NCBI GenBank assembly: GCA_963662465.1
Contig: OY759599.1
Location: forward strand, 1 to 64,000
Length of the DNA stretch: 64,000 nt
Reading direction: 5' to 3'
From: Desulfatiglandales bacterium
GTDB taxonomy: Bacteria > Desulfobacterota > DSM-4660 > Desulfatiglandales > Desulfatiglandaceae
This document shows positions 1 through 9,006 of this stretch, piece after piece. The notes below the pieces were generated by a model, which had not been told where the DNA came from, did not search any database, and saw only the letters and a program-made list of their open reading frames with translations. Position numbers and translations under genes: made by a program. Numbering within the stretch: position 1 is the stretch's first letter; each line of letters opens with the position of its first letter.

Positions 1-85
1 GGGATGTTCCCATCAGATGATAGAAAACTAGAATCCCCTGACCATATCTCAGCCCCAATGCCTATGTCAGTTACTTGATACGACA

Positions 86-586
86 TTACTCACCTTCTCC
101 ACCACCATTTTGATTTTGAGTCAAGTCATTCGCATTGGATGTTGAATCAAGAGTTACTTTAGAAGTTCCAACCTGAGACATGTGCCAAACAGCTTTAAAA
201 TATGAATCGTAAATATTATAGACAACAGCGTCGTCGGTATCCCCAACATAAGAATCATTATCAGACGCGCTTGCTCCATAATAGAGATACAATTTTGGAT
301 CTACTGTGTTTGAGACAGATGGGGCCAAAACGTGCAACCACGCAGACTCGTAATAGTCACCCCAGTAGTCTATCTCAACGTAACATTGTGTCGTACCGTC
401 GGATAATGTGACTGCAATTTTTTTCCGATTATCATAAGATCCGTTCTCTCCACCCGCATCTAGTTCATCAAAAAAACAGGATGCTGTTATATGAATCGGG
501 ACCGGGAATCCTGACAAGGCGGCGTCAATCTTATCAGAATCAAGAGTCAACTCTATACGTTTTGCAAACCCAGAAAGAGTCCCCAT
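86..586 (-). CDS. DUF2341-like virion/tail protein
   Basis: FPVPIHI...DGTTQCYVEIDYW...AWLHV..P...LYLYYG...AVWHM pattern; TAATG overlap with next ORF that runs off the window. Confidence 0.65.
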   Translation of the reverse strand: MGTLSGFAKRIELTLDSDKIDAALSGFPVPIHITASCFFDELDAGGENGSYDNRKKIAVTLSDGTTQCYVEIDYWGDYYESAWLHVLAPSVSNTVDPKLYLYYGASASDNDSYVGDTDDAVVYNIYDSYFKAVWHMSQVGTSKVTLDSTSNANDLTQNQNGGGEGE

Positions 587-595
587 GATAAGGCC

Positions 596-1024
596 CTATT
601 CCGCCTGAAACTTAATATCCTTGAATAAGTAACTCAACCCGTCTGTGATGGTATGGTTTGCTCCTAATTCAACGCAAGCCATAACAGTGTCATCAGATGT
701 TGTGTCGTCGTAAATGATCATGGCATTGAATGGGCCAATTGATCCGCCATCAGCCGTAAAAACAACGTCGTCCCATTCTACGTCTCCAGAGTCGTCGGTA
801 TCGTTTTCCGTAAGTGACACATTATCCAATTCTTCATCATTTTGGGTATATCCATAGTTTGTCGCCAACTGCGACGCTGTTACGTCTGCAAGCGTGGCAT
901 GGGCGTCTTTGTCAAATGTGAAGCTTGCAAGTAAAATAACCTTGAACACATCCGACGACATGTTGATGTTGCCGGCGTTTCGTTGGTGTTTAAAATGATT
1001 TGAAAGTGTTGATGTTATTGGCAT
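596..1024 (-). CDS. Phage tail-region structural protein
   Basis: Position after tape measure; D.FKVILL...GYT...WDDVVFTA.GGSIGP...IIYDDT pattern seen in virion proteins. Confidence 0.6.
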   Translation of the reverse strand: MPITSTLSNHFKHQRNAGNINMSSDVFKVILLASFTFDKDAHATLADVTASQLATNYGYTQNDEELDNVSLTENDTDDSGDVEWDDVVFTADGGSIGPFNAMIIYDDTTSDDTVMACVELGANHTITDGLSYLFKDIKFQAE

Positions 1025-1036
1025 ATTGTTTCTCCT

Positions 1037-1369
1037 CTATGCTGTGACATATAAAACCAATTTTAATGCTCCATTATCGACATCCATATTTTTTGGCGCG
1101 CAAACAAAATTCCCATTTTTCGTTGCAACATTCCAAAGGCCATGGTTTTTGATAAGATATTCCAAAATCTCTTTTTGCGCAGGCGTAACATCAGCTTCAA
1201 TCGTCAATGTTCTATCCGTATCAGTGCATCCCGAATCTGTAATAACCGACCCTCCGTTAAGAGTGGCAACCCTGGAAACGCGCCGCGAGAATCGCGCTAT
1301 TTGCGAATTCGTTTTTTCGTCCAGAACTACGTGGTAGATGCTTGCAGCTTGGGTCGATATACTGATCAT
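1037..1369 (-). CDS. Phage tail protein (distal-tail position)
   Basis: Directly after tape measure; RRVSRVATLNGG motif. Confidence 0.5.
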   Translation of the reverse strand: MISISTQAASIYHVVLDEKTNSQIARFSRRVSRVATLNGGSVITDSGCTDTDRTLTIEADVTPAQKEILEYLIKNHGLWNVATKNGNFVCAPKNMDVDNGALKLVLYVTA

Positions 1370-1372
1370 CGC

Positions 1373-4054
1373 TTATGCCCCCGCCGCCGCCAATAGGAAT
1401 TCTGCCCCTGCCTCATGCGCTCGGACCTGGATCTTTTTAAGCAGTTTCCACATAAACGCCTCCATTTCAGGCTCTAACCCCTGGGCATCAATGGTTATTG
1501 TGTTATCGTATTCTCCTGACATTTGCATGACATTTGCAGCTCTGAGCATCTGTTCAGCCGCAGCGTTCGATATATTTGCTGTTTTAATTTGCGCCTCTGA
1601 CATTTGCGCCTGGTATTTTATTTGATCGGAAATGGCTTTCTCTAACATTGCTCTTTCCCGTGGGTCAGTGGCTTCGTTTAATGCCGAGAATAAATCTGCC
1701 ATGCCAGATGGATCAAAGAGATCTTCCATCGGTATCGGAGCCATTGTTTCAAAGCTATTCTTGAAAGAGTTTGCTGGTCCCATCCCATTTTCACCAAAAT
1801 CGATGTCTAAATCTACTGGACCCATTTCCGCTTTAGAAAATGACTGTTTGATTTTCTTTTTTGTTTTATCGATAGACGCATCATCTACATCAACCGGCAA
1901 CGGGTCTATGTCAGGGGGGTAATCCGTAATTTCTTCCAGCCCTTCAAGCAATCCATCCGTATTAAGATCAGCTTCGATGGAAATCGGACTATTTTCCATC
2001 TCTTCAGTTATCGCATCCCAATCCGATTGAACTGAATCAAAGTCTGTTTGAGTTTCGATATATGCGTCCATTTCCAAGTTAAGCGCATCCCAATCGTTCT
2101 GAACGGATCGAAAATCAGTCTTCGGCATTTCAAGCTTTTTACTTCCAAATGCTAATACAATCGCATCTCCTAGTTTATCGCCTAGCTGAGCCCCCCACCC
2201 ACCCACTTTTGCAACAGCATCTCCAATCAACAAATCATATAGGCTCCCGGCAATGTCAACGGTCACCTCGAAAGCCTTTTTATCCCATTCTTTCAGTCCT
2301 GGGATAAGAGAGTAAACCAACTCAGCAAGAGCTTGCCCTCCCAAAATGGAAACCGTAACTGGCATGGCAATCGCTCCAACTTTAGACAGCGCTCCTAAGC
2401 CTTTTGATAACCCCCCTATATTGGTCACCATAGACGCAAGTTTTAAGTTTACCAAAGTGGACAAGACCCCGGCCACTCCGCCAATTACGCCCGCTGCACC
2501 GCCACCGAGTCCCGCAATAACGTTTAAAGCCTGTCCCATCCCAAGCAGTTTTCCTGTAAACTCCTGAGTACCGGTATTACTGTCCGCTGCGCTCTTTAAC
2601 CCATCTACAATTGTTTTAATAAATGGCGTAAACGATTTTCCAATACCGGAGATGACATTTCCGATCCCAGAAAAAGCTTTGACAATACTATCAATCGCTT
2701 TTGTCAAACCTTCAGCGCTTGATAAGTCAACATCGTCCCCAAATATTGCATCCATCAGCCCCTTGAACATATCCTTAAGATTGCCGAATGTTCCCTCAAT
2801 AGGGGTCCAGTTTACATTTGCCAGAGCTTCAGGCAGATTCTTAGCAATATCCGCAATGAAATCATTAATATCTGTCCCTACTGAGTTCAAAATTTCAAAA
2901 AGCGGTTGAAAATTTGTGCCGGTAAAGTCAACGTTTTTAAATAATTCAGACAAGCTTCCGACGATTTCGCCGTATTTATCTATGATTTTAGACCCTATAT
3001 CTATGAGCGTAACGCTTATGTTGTTGCTGAGATTGCTATGTATATTGCTAATTTCATCTTTCATTATCCCGAAATTTTTTACAACAATGCCGTTGGATGT
3101 CGAAATTTCTCCCATTGCGTCTTTGTACTTCGCAGATCCATCTTTCGATAATACCAAGGCTCCAGACAAAGCATTCACGTCCCCAAATAGAACGGAAGTG
3201 GGTTGTATATTGTCGCCTGTAGCTTTTGATATATCGGCAAGCAGGCCAGGCAACCCTTTTGCCTTTAACGCTTCAGATCCAAATGAAATACCCAATTCAT
3301 CGGCTTGCTTTTTTGCTTGTTCGGATGGCTTAATGATATTAGAAATAGCGCCGCGGATGGCATCAATTGCTTGCGGTGTGGGGGTTCCGTTGGCCGTCAA
3401 AACAGCAATGGCGCCCGCCAATTCTTCGAATGGGACCCCCGCCGATGCAGCGATGCTAACCAAAGGACCAAGTTTTCCACTCATTTCGGATAAAGTTGTT
3501 TGACCTATGGCAACGGCTTTGAACAAAGTATCAGAATAGTCACCTGCTTTGTCTGCACTTTCTCCATAAGCATTCAAAAGCCCTGCTAAAGTAGATGTCG
3601 TGCTTTGAAATTCACCCCTTCCTGCGACGGCTAATTGTTCCGCAACACGAAGAGCATCTATAGATTCTGAATATGGGATGCCTGCCGATATAGCATCATA
3701 AAGGGCGCCTGTAATTGTGTCTAACGGCTGGGTGGAATCACGCGCATAATCCAGAACAGCATTTTTAAAATCATCGACTTTATCAATAGGGGCATCAATC
3801 AATGTTGTAATTTCCGAAAACGACTCATCAAACTTTCCAGTTGCTGAGACGGCAGCTCCTACCCCCACGCCGATTGCTGCTGCAATCCCAGCACCCATGA
3901 TTTCGAATTTAGAAGCTATATTTGCCAAGGGTCCCGTCATGTCGCCAACTTTCCCGGAAAGGGTATCCAAATTCTTTCCGACGCCGGCCATGACGTTGCT
4001 GGTTGTGTCAGTCCAGGAGAATATGATGGAAACGGTTTTTTCAAGATCGGCCAT
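1373..4054 (-). CDS. Tail tape measure protein (TP901-type core)
   Basis: 893 aa Ala/Gly-rich helical protein with LYDAISAG, NAYG, G.TT..E, I.NIIKPSEQA motifs; follows chaperone gene. Confidence 0.92.
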   Translation of the reverse strand: MADLEKTVSIIFSWTDTTSNVMAGVGKNLDTLSGKVGDMTGPLANIASKFEIMGAGIAAAIGVGVGAAVSATGKFDESFSEITTLIDAPIDKVDDFKNAVLDYARDSTQPLDTITGALYDAISAGIPYSESIDALRVAEQLAVAGRGEFQSTTSTLAGLLNAYGESADKAGDYSDTLFKAVAIGQTTLSEMSGKLGPLVSIAASAGVPFEELAGAIAVLTANGTPTPQAIDAIRGAISNIIKPSEQAKKQADELGISFGSEALKAKGLPGLLADISKATGDNIQPTSVLFGDVNALSGALVLSKDGSAKYKDAMGEISTSNGIVVKNFGIMKDEISNIHSNLSNNISVTLIDIGSKIIDKYGEIVGSLSELFKNVDFTGTNFQPLFEILNSVGTDINDFIADIAKNLPEALANVNWTPIEGTFGNLKDMFKGLMDAIFGDDVDLSSAEGLTKAIDSIVKAFSGIGNVISGIGKSFTPFIKTIVDGLKSAADSNTGTQEFTGKLLGMGQALNVIAGLGGGAAGVIGGVAGVLSTLVNLKLASMVTNIGGLSKGLGALSKVGAIAMPVTVSILGGQALAELVYSLIPGLKEWDKKAFEVTVDIAGSLYDLLIGDAVAKVGGWGAQLGDKLGDAIVLAFGSKKLEMPKTDFRSVQNDWDALNLEMDAYIETQTDFDSVQSDWDAITEEMENSPISIEADLNTDGLLEGLEEITDYPPDIDPLPVDVDDASIDKTKKKIKQSFSKAEMGPVDLDIDFGENGMGPANSFKNSFETMAPIPMEDLFDPSGMADLFSALNEATDPRERAMLEKAISDQIKYQAQMSEAQIKTANISNAAAEQMLRAANVMQMSGEYDNTITIDAQGLEPEMEAFMWKLLKKIQVRAHEAGAEFLLAAAGA

Positions 4055-4223
4055 GTTTCACCCGTTCACTAAAATGAAAATTCCACAAATTTAATTCGAC
4101 TTCTGTTAGAAAACCCTCTGGAATCAGATCCGGCCGGACCTGGAAAAGGAAGGCGTGATGCATGGCGCATAGCGCAACGGAATCACGCACCCCCGGGTCC
4201 TGCCACATGATCATGGCTTTTTT
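4041..4223 (-). CDS. gpT-like -1 frameshift extension of tail chaperone
   Basis: The -1 frame after A AAA AAG (4223-4217) is open (AMIMWQDPGVRDSVALCAMHHAFLFQVRPDL...HGRS*) to a TGA overlapping the tape measure start. Confidence 0.8.
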   Translation of the reverse strand, partial: KKAMIMWQDPGVRDSVALCAMHHAFLFQVRPDLIPEGFLTEVELNLWNFHFSERVKHGRS

Positions 4224-4654
4224 TTTGCCTCGTGCCCCTGGCCTGTCAATTTATAAATTGCGCTTGTGATTATCGAAAATTCGATAGGCCACACCGTGCA
4301 AAATTTCACCGCATCCGGCATATCAACCTCTGGGTCAACCGACCCGATACGGAATATTTCCAACCGCTTTGCAACGTCCTCCGTGACATCGCCATCGGCC
4401 CCAATCAGTTTTTTGATGGCCGCCGCATTCTCGGTATTTTTATTACTAATCAACCCCTCCAGGATGGCCGTCAATTTCTTGTTCCGCTGGGCCGTTTCGT
4501 TTACCACCCCCAACTCCTGACCGGTCAGGCCCCGGACCGTCCAGACTGGCTCCCCTCCGTCGGGGAAAAAGTCTTTCAGGTCCGGGACTTTCACGGCTTC
4601 AGTCCGGGGTACAAATTGCGTAGACTGAAACTTCTTCAGGTCAAAGCCGCCCAT
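4211..4654 (-). CDS. Tail assembly chaperone (gpG-like)
   Basis: Between tail tube and tape measure; ends in slippery A AAA AAG. Confidence 0.8.
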   Translation of the reverse strand: MGGFDLKKFQSTQFVPRTEAVKVPDLKDFFPDGGEPVWTVRGLTGQELGVVNETAQRNKKLTAILEGLISNKNTENAAAIKKLIGADGDVTEDVAKRLEIFRIGSVDPEVDMPDAVKFCTVWPIEFSIITSAIYKLTGQGHEAKKKP

Positions 4655-5679
4655 TAGTTCGCCACCTCCTCACTGACCGCTTCCGACGAAATCGTACAGG
4701 CGACGGAAATATTATCCCCCGCCGGGAACGTGCGGGCGATGCCCAGTTTCCCATGGCAAATAATATACGGGGCCTTCAGACGATCCGGATAGAATTTGAA
4801 TGTCAGAATCTCCCCCTTCAGCTTGATTAGATTGTCGGTGATGCCGTCATTGGGATAGAACGTAAACGACCCACCGCCCAAACTGGCGGACGTGCTTCCG
4901 AGGGTGCGCCCATACACCTGTTTCGAACTGACGGAGTAGGCATTTTCCGGCGCCACGAAGTTTTCGGCATCGGCCTGCTCCGCAAACGCCGGCTCGGAAT
5001 ACTGTGCATAAACGATCTTTCCCGCCGTGGTGCTGCCAGCGTCATCAGAATGAATCTGGGGCAGGGCTGCGTTGAATTCAATTCCGGCATATCCGGCCAC
5101 CTGGTTGCTCACATTGATGGGTTTTTCAGTCCATACCGGATAATCAAAGCGTTCCTGATGGGTGTTGATCACCTGATAAATCTCAGATGAAAGGACTGCC
5201 GCTGGTGAGTCAGATGTATATTTCACCTGCCCGATTTCGATGGAGGTTGTGGGTATCCAACCCGGACCACCGTCCCCGCCGCGGGTAGTTGATAGGTCGG
5301 TATGGTCAGCGCCGGCCACAACCGCAATGGCCCCTGCGGAGGTGATTGTAAGGGAGTTGATTTTGCAATCATCCCCGCTTCCGGCAGGCCTGGTGCATTC
5401 CACATCCGTGTCGGCTTCAATTTCAGTCAGCACGCCAGCGATGTAGGCATACCCGGCGGCAACGTCAACAAGGTTGTTTGTTCCGCTGGCCGCCGGTGTT
5501 ATTTCACATCCGCTTACCAACCCGTTCGGACGCACGACGGCCTCAGAGCCGGATTTTTTGGACCAAACATTGGCGGCTGAATTGAACACCAAGTGGTCCC
5601 CGGCATCAGATAGCGCAGTGAAAGCAACCGGGGTCTGTCCCGCTTCGTAATACAGCTTTGCATTTTCAGCATTTCCCAT
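4654..5679 (-). CDS. Major tail (tube) protein, probably with inserted domain
   Basis: Position before chaperone; strong GGAGG RBS; beta-rich C-terminal part. Confidence 0.65.
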   Translation of the reverse strand: MGNAENAKLYYEAGQTPVAFTALSDAGDHLVFNSAANVWSKKSGSEAVVRPNGLVSGCEITPAASGTNNLVDVAAGYAYIAGVLTEIEADTDVECTRPAGSGDDCKINSLTITSAGAIAVVAGADHTDLSTTRGGDGGPGWIPTTSIEIGQVKYTSDSPAAVLSSEIYQVINTHQERFDYPVWTEKPINVSNQVAGYAGIEFNAALPQIHSDDAGSTTAGKIVYAQYSEPAFAEQADAENFVAPENAYSVSSKQVYGRTLGSTSASLGGGSFTFYPNDGITDNLIKLKGEILTFKFYPDRLKAPYIICHGKLGIARTFPAGDNISVACTISSEAVSEEVAN

Positions 5680-5702
5680 TTTTTAGATCCTCCGTTTGAT
5701 CA

Positions 5703-5772
5703 GGGCAAAGAAAAAGGGCGCAAGGTAAAAGTGGGTAAGCACTTACCTGCGCCCTTATTTCTTTCGTTGCCC
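5703..5772 (-). promoter_or_regulatory. Long imperfect hairpin upstream of tail tube RBS
   Basis: GGGCAAAGAAAAAGGGCGCAAGGTAA...TTACCTGCGCCCTTATTTCTTTCGTTGCCC inverted repeat. Confidence 0.55.
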
Positions 5773-5925
5773 CGTTTCAGTTGGCCGACCGTCCCGGAAA
5801 CCCTGATTGTTTAACTACATTTTACGCTCTACATTTTAACTCGGTTGGGCATATGGATTGCCCGTCACTGTCCTAATTTCCCATTTTTTAGATCCTCCGA
5901 GACGATGAGAGATTACTCATTACCG

Positions 5926-6633
5926 TCATTGATGATACGGATCACCGTTAAGCGCCCGATATTTGATATTCCACCGGGTGACAACCCCCACGGCCTGGTC
6001 GCCGCCTCCCGGGTACTCATTCATCCCGCCGCCGGTATATTCAATGTCGTCGGCAAGGCCTGCCGTGGTGGTATCGATAGGGCCCACTCCCGTGGTGGCG
6101 CCGGCGATAGTGGCCACGTTGGTTTGGGCGCCCACCTTCAGGTTTTCAGCCTGGAACGCGCCGGTCAAACGCCTGAACGTCAAGGCGCCCGCCGCGTCTC
6201 CACCGGCCCATGTGCCGGAAGAAAGAGTCACCCCCGTCACATAGCCCGTTGCGGACCCGGTAGCACCCGTGATGGTGTCCCCCACCTTGATTTCGTAGGT
6301 TCCGCCCGATGTGAACGGCAAGGACCACACGATCCCCGCCATGGCCTCGATCAGGTCCCCCAGCATCAGCTCGGAAACAACTGAGGGGTTGACCGTGCCG
6401 GGCAGGGCCAGGCTCTCCACTTGCACGGGCATCACATGCACGCCGGAGCCATACTGCCGCCCGGCTTCCTCGGACTTGGGCCACACCACGCAGGCGGGCA
6501 GGGCCTCGGGGTCCAGCTTGCCGATGGCCCGTTGCACGTTCGCGCCGCAATCGGTGTTATACCCGGCGGTGGTGTGAATCACGGCCATCTTGCTGATGAT
6601 GGCCAGGATGATTTGTTCTCTGGTGGTTTCCAT
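5926..6633 (-). CDS. Tail terminator/completion-like protein with inserted domain
   Basis: REQII.AI...GYNTD.G.NV.R N-terminus and IKYR..GDPY C-terminus; position before tail tube. Confidence 0.65.
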   Translation of the reverse strand: METTREQIILAIISKMAVIHTTAGYNTDCGANVQRAIGKLDPEALPACVVWPKSEEAGRQYGSGVHVMPVQVESLALPGTVNPSVVSELMLGDLIEAMAGIVWSLPFTSGGTYEIKVGDTITGATGSATGYVTGVTLSSGTWAGGDAAGALTFRRLTGAFQAENLKVGAQTNVATIAGATTGVGPIDTTTAGLADDIEYTGGGMNEYPGGGDQAVGVVTRWNIKYRALNGDPYHQ

Positions 6634-6635
6634 TT

Positions 6636-7247
6636 CTACATTTTGCTCAGTTCGTAGTTTAGGCGGTCGTTAAGATTCTTTTTTAGCCTGTCGCCGCCCA
6701 ACCGCAATATTTCCGCCATGGTGGGACCGTGTCCCATGACGTCGGGTATGGCCATTGACGTAAGGGCCTTACCGGGGAACCTGTATTTTTTCGGGAACGC
6801 CCCATATTTTTTCTTGTTGGGTTTGTCCCAGTTAGCCCGCGTACCCTCATATTTCCGCCACATGACCAGCTTTTGGCCGTTTTTCATGGTGGCGATGTAG
6901 GCATGCTTGATGAGACTCCGTCCACCGGATTTCTTTACCTGTACGGTTACGCCTTTATTGGTCGGATTGGCCTTGAAATTTATCAGGTTAAGCGGACCAC
7001 CAGTGCATTTCACGAAAGCGTTGCCGCCTGAAACGGTCATTTTATTTACGGTTATCGTACCCCGAATTTTCGTTTTCGTTGGCGTGATTACATTTGAGAC
7101 TTCATTTGTGGCATCCGTTCGCACCCCCGCCAGCGTCCTATTGATGGACTGCTGAATCACCCTGCCGACAGCCGGGTTCAATACCCCCAGCATCAATTTG
7201 ACCTTCGCAATATCGCCCTGATCCATTTTGACACTCAGCGCCGTCAT
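6636..7247 (-). CDS. Minor tail protein (gpZ-like)
   Basis: Basic; SINRT, GVTVQVKK.GGR..IKHAYIA motifs. Confidence 0.7.
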   Translation of the reverse strand: MTALSVKMDQGDIAKVKLMLGVLNPAVGRVIQQSINRTLAGVRTDATNEVSNVITPTKTKIRGTITVNKMTVSGGNAFVKCTGGPLNLINFKANPTNKGVTVQVKKSGGRSLIKHAYIATMKNGQKLVMWRKYEGTRANWDKPNKKKYGAFPKKYRFPGKALTSMAIPDVMGHGPTMAEILRLGGDRLKKNLNDRLNYELSKM

Positions 7248-7249
7248 CC

Positions 7250-7558
7250 CTACACACTCACTTTCACAAACCACCCATCGTTATCCATCACGTCCTTGAC
7301 CGTGTACACCGCGCCGTCCGCATCCATGGTAAACGTCTCTCCCTCATCCGCCTCCCGGCCCACATCGGACAACAGATATTCGATGGTGGTCTCCGACCCC
7401 CAGACCTGGGCCTCCAGCCCCCCGGGCTGGAAGTCGGTTGCGGTTGACCGGTTCACCTTCAGGGGAACCGGATCCCCAACCGCCGGGGTAAAAACGGCAT
7501 CATCCCAGTAGGCCACGACATGCGCGGCGGTCCTGGCTATCTGTTCGCTCGCGGTCAT
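7250..7558 (-). CDS. Head-tail joining protein (FII-like position)
   Basis: Size and position; GETFTMD...YTV...DG motif. Confidence 0.5.
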   Translation of the reverse strand: MTASEQIARTAAHVVAYWDDAVFTPAVGDPVPLKVNRSTATDFQPGGLEAQVWGSETTIEYLLSDVGREADEGETFTMDADGAVYTVKDVMDNDGWFVKVSV

Positions 7559-7893
7559 GCCCCGGCCCCGCTGCAAACATAGACGCTGTAGGTTTTATCG
7601 GCGTCGAATCCACTGGGGGTCACCCGGATGGCCGAAGCATACCCCTTGAACTGCATGATATACCCGGTGCTGTCGGTCATATCGATGGTATGATCCCCAA
7701 TGTCGCCGATGGTCGCAAAATCCGTTGCCCCCGGCGTCTTGACGGCCACGTCGAGTTCACCGGCCGAAGGGGCGGCGCTCACCGCCAGTTGAATCTGGTG
7801 CTCCCGGTATTTATCATCGGCGCCCAGGCTGATGACCTGGGCGCCATCCGCCTGGGATTTATTTTCGACGCTCCCCAGAAATATCTCTGACAT
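7555..7893 (-). CDS. Hypothetical virion protein
   Basis: Co-oriented ORF coupled to neighbours after capsid gene. Confidence 0.55.
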   Translation of the reverse strand: MSEIFLGSVENKSQADGAQVISLGADDKYREHQIQLAVSAAPSAGELDVAVKTPGATDFATIGDIGDHTIDMTDSTGYIMQFKGYASAIRVTPSGFDADKTYSVYVCSGAGA

Positions 7894-7907
7894 CAGAAAG
7901 GCCCCCT

Positions 7908-8921
7908 TTAATTGGAGCTATAGACTTCCACCAGCACGCCCGGACGATAACAGAGCGGCAGCGGGTTTGACTGCGTGTGCAGATCGATGCCCCGGTTGAA
8001 CTTGCGCGGTTCCTGTTTCGCGTAAACCTCTTTGCCGAGGGTGTTCGCGGTCTCGATGAAATCCGCCGGCGCAAACAGGGTTTTGAATGTATTCATGGTG
8101 CCTTCCGGGTATGCATGGCCGTACCCGCTGGCGATGAAGCGCCGGGCCGTGCCATCCGGATCGGTTGCCGTTCCTCGGTATTCCTCGAAAATGACGCCGC
8201 CGAAGGAAAAGTTTTTCCGGGGGTCTCCGCCCAGGCGATCCAGGGCGGCCGAGTGGTTTGCGAAAACATCCCTGACAGTTGCGTGTGCAATGAGCTTGTC
8301 AAAAAACTCCTGGCTCACCAGGCATCTTACGCCGCTCATCACTTCGCCCATAAGGTTGTCCTCGATGTGGCGGACCACTGAGAGGCATTTGGTTTGAATG
8401 TTGGTGCCCGACGTGCCGAGTACAAAATCAACCTGCTTTTTGGTGATTTCAAACTCGGTGTACAGGTTGTAAATGGTGGATGCGTCGGCATCCAGAATCA
8501 CGCCCTTGAGCGCGCCCATACGCAGGTGCTCCAGCGTTATGGCATGCTTGTTGCGCATGGTTTGGAGATGATCGTTCATCACCTCCGCTACTGCCGACAT
8601 GTCGGTTTCGGAGCCGAATGCCCGGATGCCGTCGTATTCCGACGGCAAGATCACATCATCGTGAGGGATATGCGGGATGGTAAAGCTTCGCACCTTACGC
8701 TTGCCCCTCCCTCCGACGGTACCGGGACTCCCCGGCGGCTGGGTGGGGAGCAGGTTCAGCACGCCGTTTTTCTCTTCCACGACAACGCTGCGGGTTCGGA
8801 CGCCTTTTTCGGGCATCAAATTCAGTTCCCTGATCCGCCCGTAATTGTTGGGCAGAATATTGATGGAACCGGTCAGGGATACCACGTTAAAAGCATCGGT
8901 TTCAAACGGATTGAGTATCAT
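7908..8921 (-). CDS. Major capsid protein (lambda gpE family)
   Basis: SLT.SIN.LP, PHIPHDD, TLEHLRMGALKG, QSNPLP.C.RP motifs. Confidence 0.95.
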   Translation of the reverse strand: MILNPFETDAFNVVSLTGSINILPNNYGRIRELNLMPEKGVRTRSVVVEEKNGVLNLLPTQPPGSPGTVGGRGKRKVRSFTIPHIPHDDVILPSEYDGIRAFGSETDMSAVAEVMNDHLQTMRNKHAITLEHLRMGALKGVILDADASTIYNLYTEFEITKKQVDFVLGTSGTNIQTKCLSVVRHIEDNLMGEVMSGVRCLVSQEFFDKLIAHATVRDVFANHSAALDRLGGDPRKNFSFGGVIFEEYRGTATDPDGTARRFIASGYGHAYPEGTMNTFKTLFAPADFIETANTLGKEVYAKQEPRKFNRGIDLHTQSNPLPLCYRPGVLVEVYSSN

Positions 8922-8951
8922 TGGAAAACCTCCTTGGTTTTGGAATCAAAG

Positions 8952-8995
8952 GTAGAGACAAGGCATGCCTGAGACAAGGCATGCCTTGTCTCTAC
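8952..8995. repeat. GTAG-type REP-like palindrome with internal 16-bp duplication
   Basis: GTAGAGACAAGGCATGCCT-GAGACAAGGCATGCCTTGTCTCTAC; related copy at 25023-25047. Confidence 0.7.
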
Positions 8996-9006
8996 GTGCC
9001 CTGTTT

